Origin: Tubulanus polymorphus
Taxonomy: Eukaryota > Animalia > Nemertea
NCBI RefSeq assembly: GCF_964204645.1
Contig: NC_134025.1
Coordinates: 20,125,101-20,189,100, forward strand
Reading direction: 5' to 3'
DNA: 64,000 bases
Position 1 is the first letter of the stretch; each line of letters opens with the position of its first letter. Shown in pieces: positions 38,801 through 44,973 of this stretch. A program made the translations under genes and the position numbers. The notes below the pieces were generated by a model. That model searched no databases and was not told where the DNA came from. It was given only the letters and a program-made list of their open reading frames with translations.

Positions 38801-41800
38801 GCGTCATCCGGATGTCCCGATACATTGAGTTCTTGCGGCCTTTCAACCCACTCGAATCCGCCCGTAGGCAGGTGTTGCGACATAGCCCAGCCATATAAGA
38901 TATTCGCGTCAAGGTACATTACGTGTGTCGTCGGCTTCTTTGGATCGTGACCGGGAACCAAAGGATTGTTGGCCCTGCAGTGGCGTTTGCTGACCATGGA
39001 AATGCCACCTCGCAGACCCTTTTCGATGAATAAGAACTGGTCGTAGTCCATTAAGAGCTCTAGTTTAACCTCTGTTTTCTTAAGTAGAGCGTCCCAGCTA
39101 AGACCCGGGCTGGTGTAATACTGTGCGGGATCTAGGCCGTACTGCTTCACGCAAGTGGACCTGAAATTCTCGAATACATCGGCGAGAAGAACCGTATCGG
39201 TCCTCAGATAGAGGTCGTGGTAGTCACCCATAGTACGGCACTGAAACTGAAACTACGGCACTAGTCTTGATCGCTGATTCCCGCCTCTGATAGCTTGCTG
39301 TAGAAGGCTCCTTTTGACGGAAGCTGGGTATCCTGGAATTTCTCCCAACTGTCCATGTACTCGTATGGGTATACGCCCTTTCTCAGTAACAGCTCTAGTT
39401 TTTCAGGTACAGGTTCGGCCGCGGCTGTCAGCGTAAAGCTCCCCTTAGCGGCTGACGCAACCAGTCTGTCAGTCTGTCAGGTGGGGCCAGCAAGAACTGC
39501 ACAGAATCGATGAACCGCAAATTACCGAGACTGAATGAGATGTACTTCTCCATGTTATTCGGGATGCACGTTATCTTTCCTTCAGTCCGACAGATTGCCT
39601 GCATGATGAGATGAGAGTCGTAACCGCGGAGGTTGTGAAACACAGCCGGTATAGGCGTGTATTTCGCGGACAGTCGCAACTTGAGATTGCACTCGTTGTG
39701 GGCCGGGCCCCGGTAGTCACCCGTTATGTGATCGTGATCCCTGACCCGATCCTCATAGAGTGGTTTGTCGCATACGTAGCAATTTTCCGCTTCCTCGAAT
39801 GACGTTTGCTCCTCCCGAGTAGTTACCATAGGCGCGGGATGGGCGAGCACGCCCTTGATTTTCTCCTCTTCCCCTTGGAGGTGCTGAAGGAATACCGCCG
39901 CAGCGTCTTGGCCTCTATAAAGGACGGGTGGTTCTTGTTTACCGTCGCTTCTCACTACCACGTACGAGAACCCGCACGCCTTGTGAAGTTGAGTCTTTTC
40001 GCTACCTTTCTGGTTAGGGTTCCTTCCCGGCCCCTCGAATTTGGTTGTAATGGCTTCGAAGTCGGCATAGATGACGAACGGAATCTTGAGCTGCTTGTGA
40101 TGATTGGTGAACCGCAGCACTTTGTCCTCCTCCGAGGGCATACTGGTACGCATCGGACCTCCGTTGACTCCTCGACAATCTGACCTGTGCCTCTCCAGGA
40201 GATCTTCTCTGGTGAAACAATGAAGGCACCGCTCGCAGCAGTGTTTCCTCCCTTCAAACTTACTCTGGGTGAACAACAGGCGATTGAGGTCTTTGATCCA
40301 TGTGTAATGCTGTTTCTCACCGCTCTCTACGAGTAGCAAGTTAATTCTAGGAATGGGGGCCGGGCCATCGCTGATATGCAGTGGGTACACGCCTTTGTCA
40401 TACCCGAACACGTTGATTGCCAGTCCGTTTTGTCGTTCGACCATAGGAATCTGACTCAATGGTGTTGGTGAATCGATGCCTGTAAAGTCAAGCTGGTCCC
40501 AGTGATTCGCATACTTCGATGGCCTCCGGGGGTCTCTCTCTACGGGGTATTTCGAGGCCAGTATTGACCACTTAAGGCAGTGATCATCTCTATTTTTGAC
40601 ATTTACGACGGCGTGTCTTCTCTTGACTGCGACGGGGAGGTCGATATAAGAACCGCCTCTCAACGGTTGATATCTGGCGATATTCAGGAATAGTTCGACT
40701 ACCCTCTCTACAGCCCATCCGGAACCTTCTCTCATATAATTCTCAATACTCTGTAAAACCCTAGCTTCAGCTTTACCCAACTCCTCATTTATGTTAGCCG
40801 CCTTCGATAGAACGTATTGCTTCGACCAGAAGGGCGGCTCGACGTGCGCATAGGTGCCGTCGTTCTTCTCCTTCCTCAACGAAACCCGCAGAGCAATGGA
40901 GAATTTTACACCCTTAAGGTCAATGATCTCCTCGACTAACTTCTCCCTTACATTGTTCCGCTGTTCGCGCAAGAATATCGACGGATCAGTCACATCGGTG
41001 GCTGGTCTCAAAACCCAGGCCCTCAGATAATTTTGGATAGCAAACGGGGCCCTATGAAACGCGGGTTCTGGCTCCGGTAGAATCTCATCCCAAATCGGAT
41101 CATCGTCCGGTATAATGTTTTCTACCTTGTACTTGGGTTTTCTGGGGGCGGGTTTTGGCTTTCTCGGAGCAGGCGTCGGTCTGCGGGTCAACTGGTTGAT
41201 GGCATCGGCATATGTTACGACAGTAATCTGCCCGTCTCGAAGTAAATCGGTCAGACTTTTTACCGCGCTGTCCATCTTGCTTTCGCATATATGAGAAATA
41301 TATGTCTCTAAATGGAAATTTTTGGGGGGCCCCTCGTCAGAAGTCGGCACACGCCGAATGTTGGCCGGGCCTGGCCATGTCCAAGGGACATGACTCTGGT
41401 TGCCTGCCGATGTCTTGGTTGTTTGCCGGCTTCTGCGTCAGCATAGAACTTTCTAGGCTATTTCGCAATCAGGTGGCAGCGCACCGCTGATAGCGTCAGC
41501 TTAAGAGGTGAATTCCAGGTCAGAGCGTTTCACATACTTGTATATACTGTAAATATCTATGTAAATAACACTTTGTTGTAGGTGCATTATAGCGGTTGGT
41601 TTATAGGGGCCGGAGGGGGTTTGCCGGCCCCTTGGTGTGTTTTCCATGGTCCACAGGGGTTGTCTTCTTAGGGTATTTAGGTGGAGAAAAAGCTTTGAGA
41701 GGGTACACGGTACACCGGGGTAAGGATAGGCTGCGCCAGAACCGGGGTCGGGCTGCGCCAGAACCGCGGTCCACAGGGGTTTTCTTCTTAGGGTATTTAG

Positions 41801-43767
41801 GTGGAGATAAAGCTTTGAGAGGGTACACAGTATACCGGGGTAAGGATGGGCTGCGCCAGAACCGCGGTCCACAGGGGTTGTCTTCTTAGGGTATTTAGGT
41901 GGAGATAAAGCTTTGAGAGGGTACACGGTATACCGGGGTAAGGGTGCGCTGCGCCAGAACCGCTATTTTGTATACTACTTAGGCCTACTTCCAGAGAAAA
42001 TGGAGAACCTACGAAGGCAGTTAATCTATCAACACTTTGACCGTATCTATGAGGTGTATGTTGTAGAATTATATAAAAGAGAAATATCCCAAAATGAACG
42101 ATGTCAGACAAAAACAGATACACATTATGCATATTTTGGCTTTGGATTTTTAATGCGTCTCGTGCATGTAAATTATGATTTATGCGAGTGTGGTGTATCT
42201 AGAAGAGTTAATAGAAGTTGAATGATATTAAAGATTATATATATAAAATGGTATCTTTTTTAACACTGTTATTTGTGGAGAGAAAGCTGTTACTTAGTTG
42301 CTTCTCTGTGTTGATTCCTTGGGTCAAAAAATGTAATATCTGTAATAGACGGAGGTTTCTATCAAAATAATTTTTAAGGAACCGCGGTACATGTTTGGTA
42401 GTAGCACATTTCACGCTTGCAGCCATCTGAAACTAGAGCGACCATGCTCAAATCTACTAAGATCACAAAAAATCGATTAACTTCGATAACCGATGTTTGC
42501 CCTGTTGCCATACTCTTTGTCCGACTACATGCTGACTGCTGCTGCAGCTGGTAACTGAACGTAATCAATGTCAGATAAAATTGCGTGCTAGTAGTGTGAT
42601 TCGTAGCTAACTCAGTGAATCAATTGGTCTTGTGCCCTGTCCGACACCGGGTATCCCTGTGGGAAAACCCGGTTACTGTTTATAGTGAAAGTGAAGAAAT
42701 TCCATGTTTTTTTTTTTTTTAATTTCGTGATTCCGTCATTCCGCGTCATGACAACACCGGGTAATCTAGGATGCTGGGTAGCTTAACGTTATTTTGATTC
42801 ACAATGAACTGAATACTTGTGAGCAGGAATTTTGATATAACTGATTTCATGTCGTTGATAATTGAGGCGTGACTGCATGTGATTATCGATTACTTTTCAG
42901 TTATTATCCACTTTATCCTCCTGGTGAAGATGTTAATCTGGAATTTGAAACGTTCGAAAACCATGCCCGACTACCATCTGTGCCTCATATACTTCTGGTC
43001 CCATCAGATCTACGATATTTCATCAAGGCAAGTTTCAAATTTAAATTAGCTGCATTATGCAGTAGATTCGATGTATCTTGGATCCTTTTACTCTGTAATA
43101 TTGCTCTTCTATGAGACGAGTCAGAAGTCTTAAGAACTGCAGTCTGCTGCATGTCCTATAGAGGTTATGCAAAGAGGTCATACACATTGTTTGTCATCAT
43201 AGTGTCCATCAATTGTGACTTAGCTTCAGGTAGCCCCTTGCACTAGATAGGCAATATGGCGCGCATCATGTGCATGATCACTATTGAGTACACTTGGCGA
43301 TCTCAAAAATATGAAGATATGTTCACTGAAGCATTTCTTCTCAATAGGTTCCTAGTGCACCAGCAAGAACACAAGACGCCAAAAATTCAAAATCCCTGAT
43401 TTCCAATTAGAGTCGGAATGCCCCAATTTTCCGGAAAAGATATACTGTATCTGAAATTCCTTAATTTCCTTGGAAAGAACTGATAGCGTCTCTTAGCAAT
43501 AAATAATTGCCCTTTTCATCAGGTGCTGCCCCTCCATATATGCACTGGATCCGCCCCTGGTCTACTGGTACATCCATTATTGTTTACTCGATGTACTTAA
43601 CGGTTTATGTTTTATGATTTTAGGAGGTTTCCAAGTGTTGTTGCATAAATCCTGGAAGATTGGCGAAAGGGAAAAGTGGTGGCACGTACGCTCGATTCTA
43701 TCTGCCTCACGTTGACAGTTCAAAACCGTTATTTCAACAACTTTCCGCTCAAGTGTTGAAAATTTAG
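8900..43767 (+). CDS. POLA2: DNA polymerase alpha subunit B, multi-exon; first coding exon not located in the window
   Basis: Exons read by hand with consistent phases: 8900-9021, 9894-9976, 10140-10197, 11415-11527, 16490-16680, 16757-16854, 17465-17620, 17942-18004, 18164-18203, 18524-18642, 22055-22164, 22361-22457, 22817-22926, 24602-24661, 42901-43027, 43624-43767. Conserved motifs: FMFQK, GRICCDS.GKLN, YSLFPGQVV, VACGPFTTS, LGPFID, VPSSRDVHH..YPQPPF, DPC...ING..IGLTSTD, QRSYYPLYPP, PSDLRYFIK, CINPGRLAKG..GGTYAR. Confidence 0.95.
9977..10139 (+). other. U12-type (minor spliceosome) GT-AG intron in POLA2
   Basis: 5' site GTATCCTTTT, branch point CCTTAAC at 10115-10121 about 18 nt before the CAG, little polypyrimidine tract, reading frame preserved. 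Confidence 0.85.
10443..10543. repeat. Short inverted-repeat element (MITE-like)
   Basis: ATAATCGAAGAAGTCCCAC ... GTGGGACTTCTTCGATTAT. Confidence 0.55.
11609..11833. mobile_element. MITE with CAGGGTGGCC termini and 5-bp TSD
   Basis: CAGGGTGGCCAC...GCGGCCACCCTG, flanked by TAGCA on both sides. Confidence 0.7.
11888..13368 (+). mobile_element. Helentron-associated interspersed element (HINE/DINE-1-like)
   Basis: 5' ACCTTCATGAC...GTCATGAAGGT hairpin, 3' subterminal inverted copy GTCATGAAGGT then stem-loop AGGCCCGTGGGCCT, T-run flanks, internal ~120-bp degenerate tandem repeats at 12.8-13.15 kb. Confidence 0.6.
13486..14076. mobile_element. hAT-like non-autonomous element with 6-bp TSD
   Basis: CAGAGTCGCCACTT...AAGTGGCAACTCTG, flanked by TAACTG on both sides. 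Confidence 0.75.
14718..15606. mobile_element. Non-autonomous DNA transposon with ~50-bp TIRs and TTA TSD (PIF/Harbinger-like)
   Basis: TGCAACCGTCAATTGTAACCCTGAACCCCCCCTCCTCAGG and its inverted copy ending at 15606; TTA on both sides. Confidence 0.75.
20187..20541. mobile_element. GC-rich palindromic MITE (PIF/Harbinger-like, TAA/TTA flanks)
   Basis: GGACACACTGGGCGATTTCGTCG and inverted terminal copy; several internal AATCGCCCAGTGTGTCCG repeats. Confidence 0.75.
20903..21524 (+). mobile_element. HINE/DINE-1-like element containing a (GTTC)n microsatellite and three ~120-bp tandem units
   Basis: 5' TTAGCTCCGCTGTG, 3' CACAGCGGAGCT plus short stem-loop and T-run; (GTTC)n at about 20953-21041; repeated GTCCTACAGTTTTAATCAGATCAA units. 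Confidence 0.7.
21553..21753. repeat. Near-perfect 101-bp tandem duplication in an intron
   Basis: CTGGTACTCTTGATTTTATTTC...GCATCATTCGGT starts at 21553 and again at 21654. Confidence 0.9.
22579..22619 (-). ncRNA. Minimal type I hammerhead ribozyme in a Penelope-like pseudo-LTR relic
   Basis: Minus strand CAC-CTGATGA-A-GCTACTA-TACAT-TAGTAGC-GAAA-GC-TC-GTG: complete core, 7-bp stem II, stem I CAC/GTG. Lies in an inverted duplication at about 22547-22697. Confidence 0.75.
23768..23809 (-). ncRNA. Second minimal hammerhead ribozyme (different Penelope-like family) at the centre of a ~190-bp palindrome
   Basis: Minus strand ACAC-CTGACGA-T-GATCTC-TAGTGT-GAGATC-GAAA-CG-TC-GTGT. Palindrome spans about 23704-23891. 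Confidence 0.65.
25342..25851 (+). repeat. Left terminal inverted repeat (~510 bp; two 98-bp tandem units at 25358-25553)
   Basis: Reverse complement of 41359-41979 apart from unit number and small indels; the match ends at ...GGCCAACA. Confidence 0.93.
25925..28174 (+). CDS. Non-LTR-type reverse transcriptase fused to C-terminal RNase H, no endonuclease (749 aa from the first ATG)
   Basis: RT motifs SAPGLDRI.Y, LLFKKGD...PANYRPI, QKGF...G..EH, DLKNAFGSIEH, RGVFQGCPLSP, YADD (26981-26992), YLG. RNase HI from 27731: YTDGSC, AGYGVYWG, TNNRGEL, FTDSKY, NRDLW, VRGHQGVHGNEMADQLA. Frame opens at 25862 after a TGA at 25859-25861. Confidence 0.95.
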   Translation: MDTDLIYQNLVSDIKAGLPKTLKQRKCELRKTLFKNEASSKEFFGLVRKISKLNRANRFFTTAKQIITGSPSNQTQEDAFPTKRRVKEYFTDLYSSKQTGPIPKPPVKNVAFPFDMSPITAAEIEKALKSSNPKSAPGLDRIKYGHLRQHTHRLARFYNDILDTGRPPSKISAWCTSIVTLLFKKGDRRDPANYRPIAVTSVISRLLHWIMAKRIERHVIRNGFIDTAVQKGFVSGLHGTLEHSELLETKIIEAEKTENDSFVTLFDLKNAFGSIEHELVSETLSVIGIPASWYRYLTALYSQISSKFKGPWGTVDIPYKRGVFQGCPLSPLIFILCVEPLVRILSTGTSLAYADDTTLETKSAKAHLDITYVFNKKAKEMNLELRPDKCVSLSVRCGRIEPFKNEIEGKDTATLTDLDRITYLGKIFSPKGQDGVGEILLTKFRQRLANIDNADIQSGTKVHIAIDYMLRADYHDLMINNLSDNCLQLIDSVFVNTLHKWGHRRLLTFQVPSTVYHWLHALKVYFLITSPDEKIVEVAISKFENSHYLDLAFESLNHKNSKAFIKRHYLGIFAHATPDPEKFPCSSKAFDVFDIYPEHIPEVYTDGSCLRNGADEARAGYGVYWGPDSPLNTCGVVYPPTNNRGELTAVVVALNQAIQLGINSLQIFTDSKYVINGITDWIKTWKARCWKNVKNRDLWTQLDGLNNRVSVSFKYVRGHQGVHGNEMADQLAKSGAALNGSNPGVTCLC
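28184..28795 (-). CDS. Polinton membrane-associated protein with central hydrophobic hairpin and N-terminal LYP/PSAP motifs
   Basis: Intact 203-aa ORF; hydrophobic AAFVTASIAVAATGAAGVLTNIITIPVATVLGVLGVSG; TATAG 1 nt before ATG. Confidence 0.8.
   Translation of the reverse strand: MDSDTKLYPMVPTEPSAPTEDASNFRLQKICEVQKILESEGQSRAALYKKYKRAVKTIDGFDAAFVTASIAVAATGAAGVLTNIITIPVATVLGVLGVSGKIVGRKLLIKGKKHDEIRVLASSKLSTVSDLVSRAISDGVVSDDEFKLILAEQRNYQTLKQDIKSQARKKHGSITIDEATKKDLIRQGREQARASIIKKLDGG
28797..29250 (-). pseudogene. Small beta-rich Polinton structural-type protein, two frameshifts
   Basis: MNLYRG...ITVWAEEKGPLGEGSYEFSYGDG...GYTMM / GRVLKMGLS...TFSPPVE / AEGDVINFKS...ASLLIELDIFPHSI*, joined across frames; fills the gap between penton and the next gene exactly. 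Confidence 0.6.
29253..29970 (-). pseudogene. Minor capsid protein (penton), one frameshift near 29610
   Basis: ORFs 29548-30042 and 29253-29618 join into about 240 aa with penton-type motifs YFNVS..NN.F.Y, NGLYTVESLN, VTCNLVD...NG..SDLIA, IPI...V.VKVFNQD...I.F. Confidence 0.75.
29982..31030 (-). pseudogene. Coiled-coil plus C-terminal membrane protein, interrupted by a stop (30374-30376) and a frameshift/deletion near 30285
   Basis: ORF 30374-31030 (acidic N-terminus, coiled coil) reads on past TAA, then shifts into ORF 29982-30281 (LAGKGAAALPGMIGTVVSFLL...LVLWFIAAVGL). Confidence 0.65.
31003..31498 (-). pseudogene. VLTF3-like (poxvirus A2 / NCLDV late transcription factor 3) C-terminal domain protein, one frameshift
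   Basis: F...FPRRKNFLSYGFFLNRILELHG...K...Q...LWE resembles the RKNFLSY.Y.L..L.ELLG signature as I recall it. The upstream part MDDPYGILP... (ATG 31498) is in another frame. Confidence 0.6.
31502..31921 (-). CDS. Small Polinton membrane/coiled-coil protein with an in-frame TAG at 31559-31561 before a C-terminal TM helix
   Basis: MATAAVIIGGAIANAVAFTGG...ERERHDKAMERL...; the frame continues after TAG as AFILGSVILTGVIAYKYL*. Confidence 0.7.
31924..32163 (-). CDS. Small hydrophobic Polinton protein (79 aa)
   Basis: Two hydrophobic segments, tight packing with neighbours, TATAG 4 nt upstream. Confidence 0.7.
   Translation of the reverse strand: MATNPDYRTIANVLYHSAILSGLTVGYAMLGKKMLRFDVGDPSKADLSEAMKLTVAVSLATISKDYLEKSKILPPNIGT
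32189..32512 (-). CDS. Small basic protein with a single TM segment
   Basis: MELEQVE...KQKSPGRVAWGKKLAE...WIAIGRLLVGLGALYY; TATAG 2 nt before ATG 32512. Confidence 0.65.
   Translation of the reverse strand: MELEQVEQVTTNPHKQKSPGRVAWGKKLAEISRQQRASKKTAAPIVGSDDENRTQSKHLQMWIAIGRLLVGLGALYYQRMALNQTPKPEENTEPTPEPLTCRLVEMT
32560..33063 (-). CDS. Polinton hypothetical protein (167 aa, acidic N-terminus)
   Basis: Intact ORF between ATPase and the small membrane genes; TATAG 5 nt upstream. Confidence 0.7.
   Translation of the reverse strand: MDEVYDELLSDIGLDVESPEDDESEGRRQLLVGLSQSGLLAKIGIKKSEGQLKKMNSKALERVWTEYENHYSAAVSDSLINSILYGYSKLCKWVRPKVDTEQLNKELTENFVITAEMKNQLGHLGRILKTPILAIANVAVITGKNMADSEESDLSTCPQVTSPLADK
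33091..33708 (-). CDS. A32/FtsK-HerA family DNA packaging ATPase
   Basis: PFNMIVS-RQTNCGKT (Walker A with the first G replaced by R), LFLIDD (Walker B), SGRHLNISVWVLTQ. Confidence 0.9.
   Translation of the reverse strand: MDRLWLQPPFNMIVSRQTNCGKTADYVLDLLQSVYRGKFHNIVIFCPTFLENTTYDRSFVMKDPNIFVMNPGSVLNDLDGLLSTCTKVYGDPHCQTLFLIDDCANLRDTKTKSSELTKLAFSGRHLNISVWVLTQKYNAVVKDFRENLRMLVLYHQKDEDGLKDALRENNIVPKTKRERVIADLSARNRARLVMRLEYPFAYGVF
33721..34968 (-). CDS. Major capsid protein (double jelly-roll, hexon-like)
   Basis: Intact ~415-aa beta-rich ORF next to the ATPase (NPSSVSPGETLYVRIP, LVPGSLKLAFDL, NIALEYD, NVNVPRRSMKGLL, LWIDLRS..D..LHGSG). Start placed at MSAYG after TATAG. Confidence 0.8.
   Translation of the reverse strand: MSAYGKHLNPSRQIRTPLGVKADRHHEVITHNPSSVSPGETLYVRIPKLQVNTLLVPGSLKLAFDLSKEGPANNFFVNNISRNLMARIVDKLGGEILSDLNYSFVFQTYKDLWLTDKRRSNMILEGIGNENLRKLRSDAEDALKTNTKETMIKSVFKNRYAIPIDFELYTDHGPFYPFAINEDFVREITFNEIKFTVNGSAEAWGYSVKNIALEYDTVHSAELARQIEGDLSAGVSFLYDYVTFFRSQSTGTSTILNVNVNVPRRSMKGLLIFFQEEFDNGQYDSESTSFQNPKIKNVDVTIEGISHKVYKQGLKPYQQWEECRRFLMPESAKETDESHIDEFSFFVDDKYALWIDLRSTDDNSLHGSGLRLVNTKDGVQLAITRTSTTEYTMFIYVVADAQVNIQNNQLKAILF
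35010..35384 (-). CDS. Viral Bcl-2 family protein (BH1 + BH2, no TM anchor)
   Basis: MFTDNRVNWGRIVTLIAF (BH1 NWGR) and WVIEQGGW (BH2). Start placed at 35384 from the TATAG motif; the ORF could extend to ATG 35444. Confidence 0.88.
   Translation of the reverse strand: MHPVSDLIVWYATGQPIQDNDLSRKLKGNVVAGIERYSLQFMALSGFAWEEINLEAIWKMFTDNRVNWGRIVTLIAFASYLAKHFFRVTDNLYYVEEIAFRTREFFNDNLAYWVIEQGGWSELP
35414..36595 (+). CDS. Polinton hypothetical protein, 393 aa, Pro-rich linker and C-terminal TM anchor
   Basis: Intact ORF; QLNFAIWCATSGCGVS, FHVYYQTRKIL, YVYCILGAQAQTR; C-terminal LAFALGTAVIVASGVHFLKK. Confidence 0.8.
   Translation: MFPPEFVYDPSSRYSVPVVPFKDKLDYRGDIHKALTSLRIQVSSRVDDYFQTTVPDIFRIYPIRFNNLGEFRVWRRTNTKFWQNQLNFAIWCATSGCGVSWKNHMNNSSPLVTSLFRFHVYYQTRKILSEMKCPLPANSGFNMLDNPVNELAFERICGEFNVPQNTDFRYWIGEAGDLGTLYTKQYLNEKGWVNFVAPESHCLTKARVERLNDSIRAYVYCILGAQAQTRNVIVGDTSTAFDAQKQFLALFEDAVHGEGSQTLVDSIRRYQNAISQTHSKLDFAVGPNLYLMPSDMVLKMGSLVRYNNNIRVATDKMKFGIDDVNEARPPPKIVTTEKSKVVRDMQTAVREAPPPPRPSHPPNTPLTVRQKDKLAFALGTAVIVASGVHFLKK
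36608..37625 (+). CDS. Retroviral-like (rve) Polinton integrase, frameshift near 37385 in the C-terminal part
   Basis: WFADLLDL...NKGYKWILLCVDVFTRKAYA.PLKKK, LVTDSESEF, GIIDRLSRTIKE, YNATPH...MTP, FKPGDSVR; tail continues in ORF 37386-37625. Confidence 0.92.
37612..41275 (-). pseudogene. Protein-primed family B DNA polymerase (pPolB), at least 3 frameshifts/indels
   Basis: Exo YADFE, FHNLRGYD, YLRTD..LLADVFENFR; KGVYPYEY (39.35 kb); Pol YLDANILYGWAM, KLMNNSVFGKT, YTDTDS, K.KGV; zinc module C..C...RDHDHITG.YRG.AH..CN; N-terminal NVKN.DDHCLKW...HYTWI (vOTU-like protease region). Confidence 0.95.
41359..41979 (-). repeat. Right terminal inverted repeat (~620 bp; three 98-bp units plus a ~22-bp internal duplication)
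   Basis: Reverse complement of the left TIR; units span about 41648-41963. Confidence 0.93.
43028..43623 (+). other. GC-AG intron (last POLA2 intron)
   Basis: AAG|GCAAGT donor right after the conserved PSDLRYFIK; joins in frame to EVSKCCCINPGRL. Confidence 0.8.
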
Positions 43768-44644
43768 AAAAGCTCAGCTGCAGACCTATGTTTTAGAGAG
43801 TAAAGGTCATTAATTTGCTTTTATACAGCATTTGTTTAATGAAATAAATATAACATTATGTAATCTAATGATATAATGCGTTTTAATCAATTTAGATTAG
43901 ACACGTTCTTTACAAGTTAATTGTTTAAGCCAGTCGCATAACAGTTGAATAACATGTTTACAACAGAAACAAAATTTTCTAGTGTATGACACTTGAAAAT
44001 AATATTGGTTTACCTTTGTCAGCGATATGATGTTGGCTTTGAGCCAATTAATGTAAAATCGCGGTACATTTTTTTATGTGAGTATTTGTTTCATTGGTTC
44101 TGGGCTGAAACGACGTATAATCGATGCTATTGAAGACATGGCGAACCTCCGTCGATGACATGGTCAACTGAGTTAAAATTCTACGAAAACCTGTTTTTGG
44201 CGGGAAAATTCTTAGCTCTCGCGTTTAAAATTGCAATGACCTTGATTGGGGGGCTTCGTCCTACGAGCGAATGGGATTGGCAATTAGACATCCATACTAA
44301 CATTTTACCGAAGTTTTATCAAGATCAACCCTCTCCTCAAAGTTAAGTTGCTGAAATGTTTCACGGTTACTACCACGGTGAAATGTAGCAGGAATTCTGT
44401 AAAATTTCAAATGCAAGGGTACAATTTCCCTAACATTTTACAATTGCTTCAGTTTCACGTTAACCACCACACCGGGTGAAATTTTTCACGTTAACTTCCA
44501 CAGGGTGAAATGTAGCGGCAATCTGTAAAATGAAAAGGGTACAATTACCCTAACATTTTACAATTGATTCCGTGAGCACCTTCCATATAGGTACCTATGT
44601 TACGCATATACGACAAGGAAGCTGTATAACTTCTGATAAAGTGG

Positions 44645-44720
44645 ACTAGTTCTTTTGGTCTACTGGTCAGCACGCTTGCTTTTTACGCACAAGATCCAGG
44701 TTCGTTCCCCGGTGAGTGCG
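44645..44720 (+). repeat. tRNA-derived SINE head or tRNA pseudogene
   Basis: A-box-like TGGTCTACTGG and B-box-like GGTTCGTTCCCC at tRNA spacing, but no good acceptor stem. Confidence 0.45.
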
Positions 44721-44973
44721 CGTAATTTCACTGTCACTTCTCTCAATCGTTAGTACACCTATTCGATTCCTGGAGGTCTTACCGGTATTTGCTATCAGAA
44801 CAAATCCCTCTGACAGAATTCATCATGGATGTCGCACATTCGTCCAGAAGTGGTCAAAACCATTAAGACTCTTCGTGACAGCGATGTCCCACTATAAACC
44901 GATCTATTTTCATTGCACAGAAAAGTAATTGTTTTATTGTGAATCGCACAGATAATTGATGAGTAAAACCTGT

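Larger units (their letters stand above)
25342..41979. mobile_element. Full-length Polinton/Maverick (adintovirus-like) endogenous virus, 16,638 bp, in the POLA2 intron 24662-42900
   Basis: Termini 5'-AGTAGTATACAAAATAGCGG / CCGCTATTTTGTATACTACT-3', 6-bp TSD TAGGCC (25336-25341 and 41980-41985), long TIRs, gene-dense intronless interior visibly more GC-rich than the host, with pPolB, rve integrase, ATPase, MCP and penton. Confidence 0.97.

Noticed and set aside
25342-41979. Diversity-generating retroelement or retron interpretation of the RT
   Set aside because: The RT motifs are non-LTR type, and I saw no template/variable repeat pair with adenine-specific mismatches and no msr/msd-like structure. 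A self dot-plot would settle it.
24662-42900. Functional meaning of a DNA-polymerase-coding virus inserting in a DNA polymerase subunit gene
   Set aside because: Single insertion in an intron-rich, repeat-rich gene. No sequence evidence of targeting, and the flanking exons remain in frame.
44645-44720. Functional tRNA gene
   Set aside because: A and B boxes are present but a cloverleaf with acceptor stem cannot be built; kept only as a SINE-like head.
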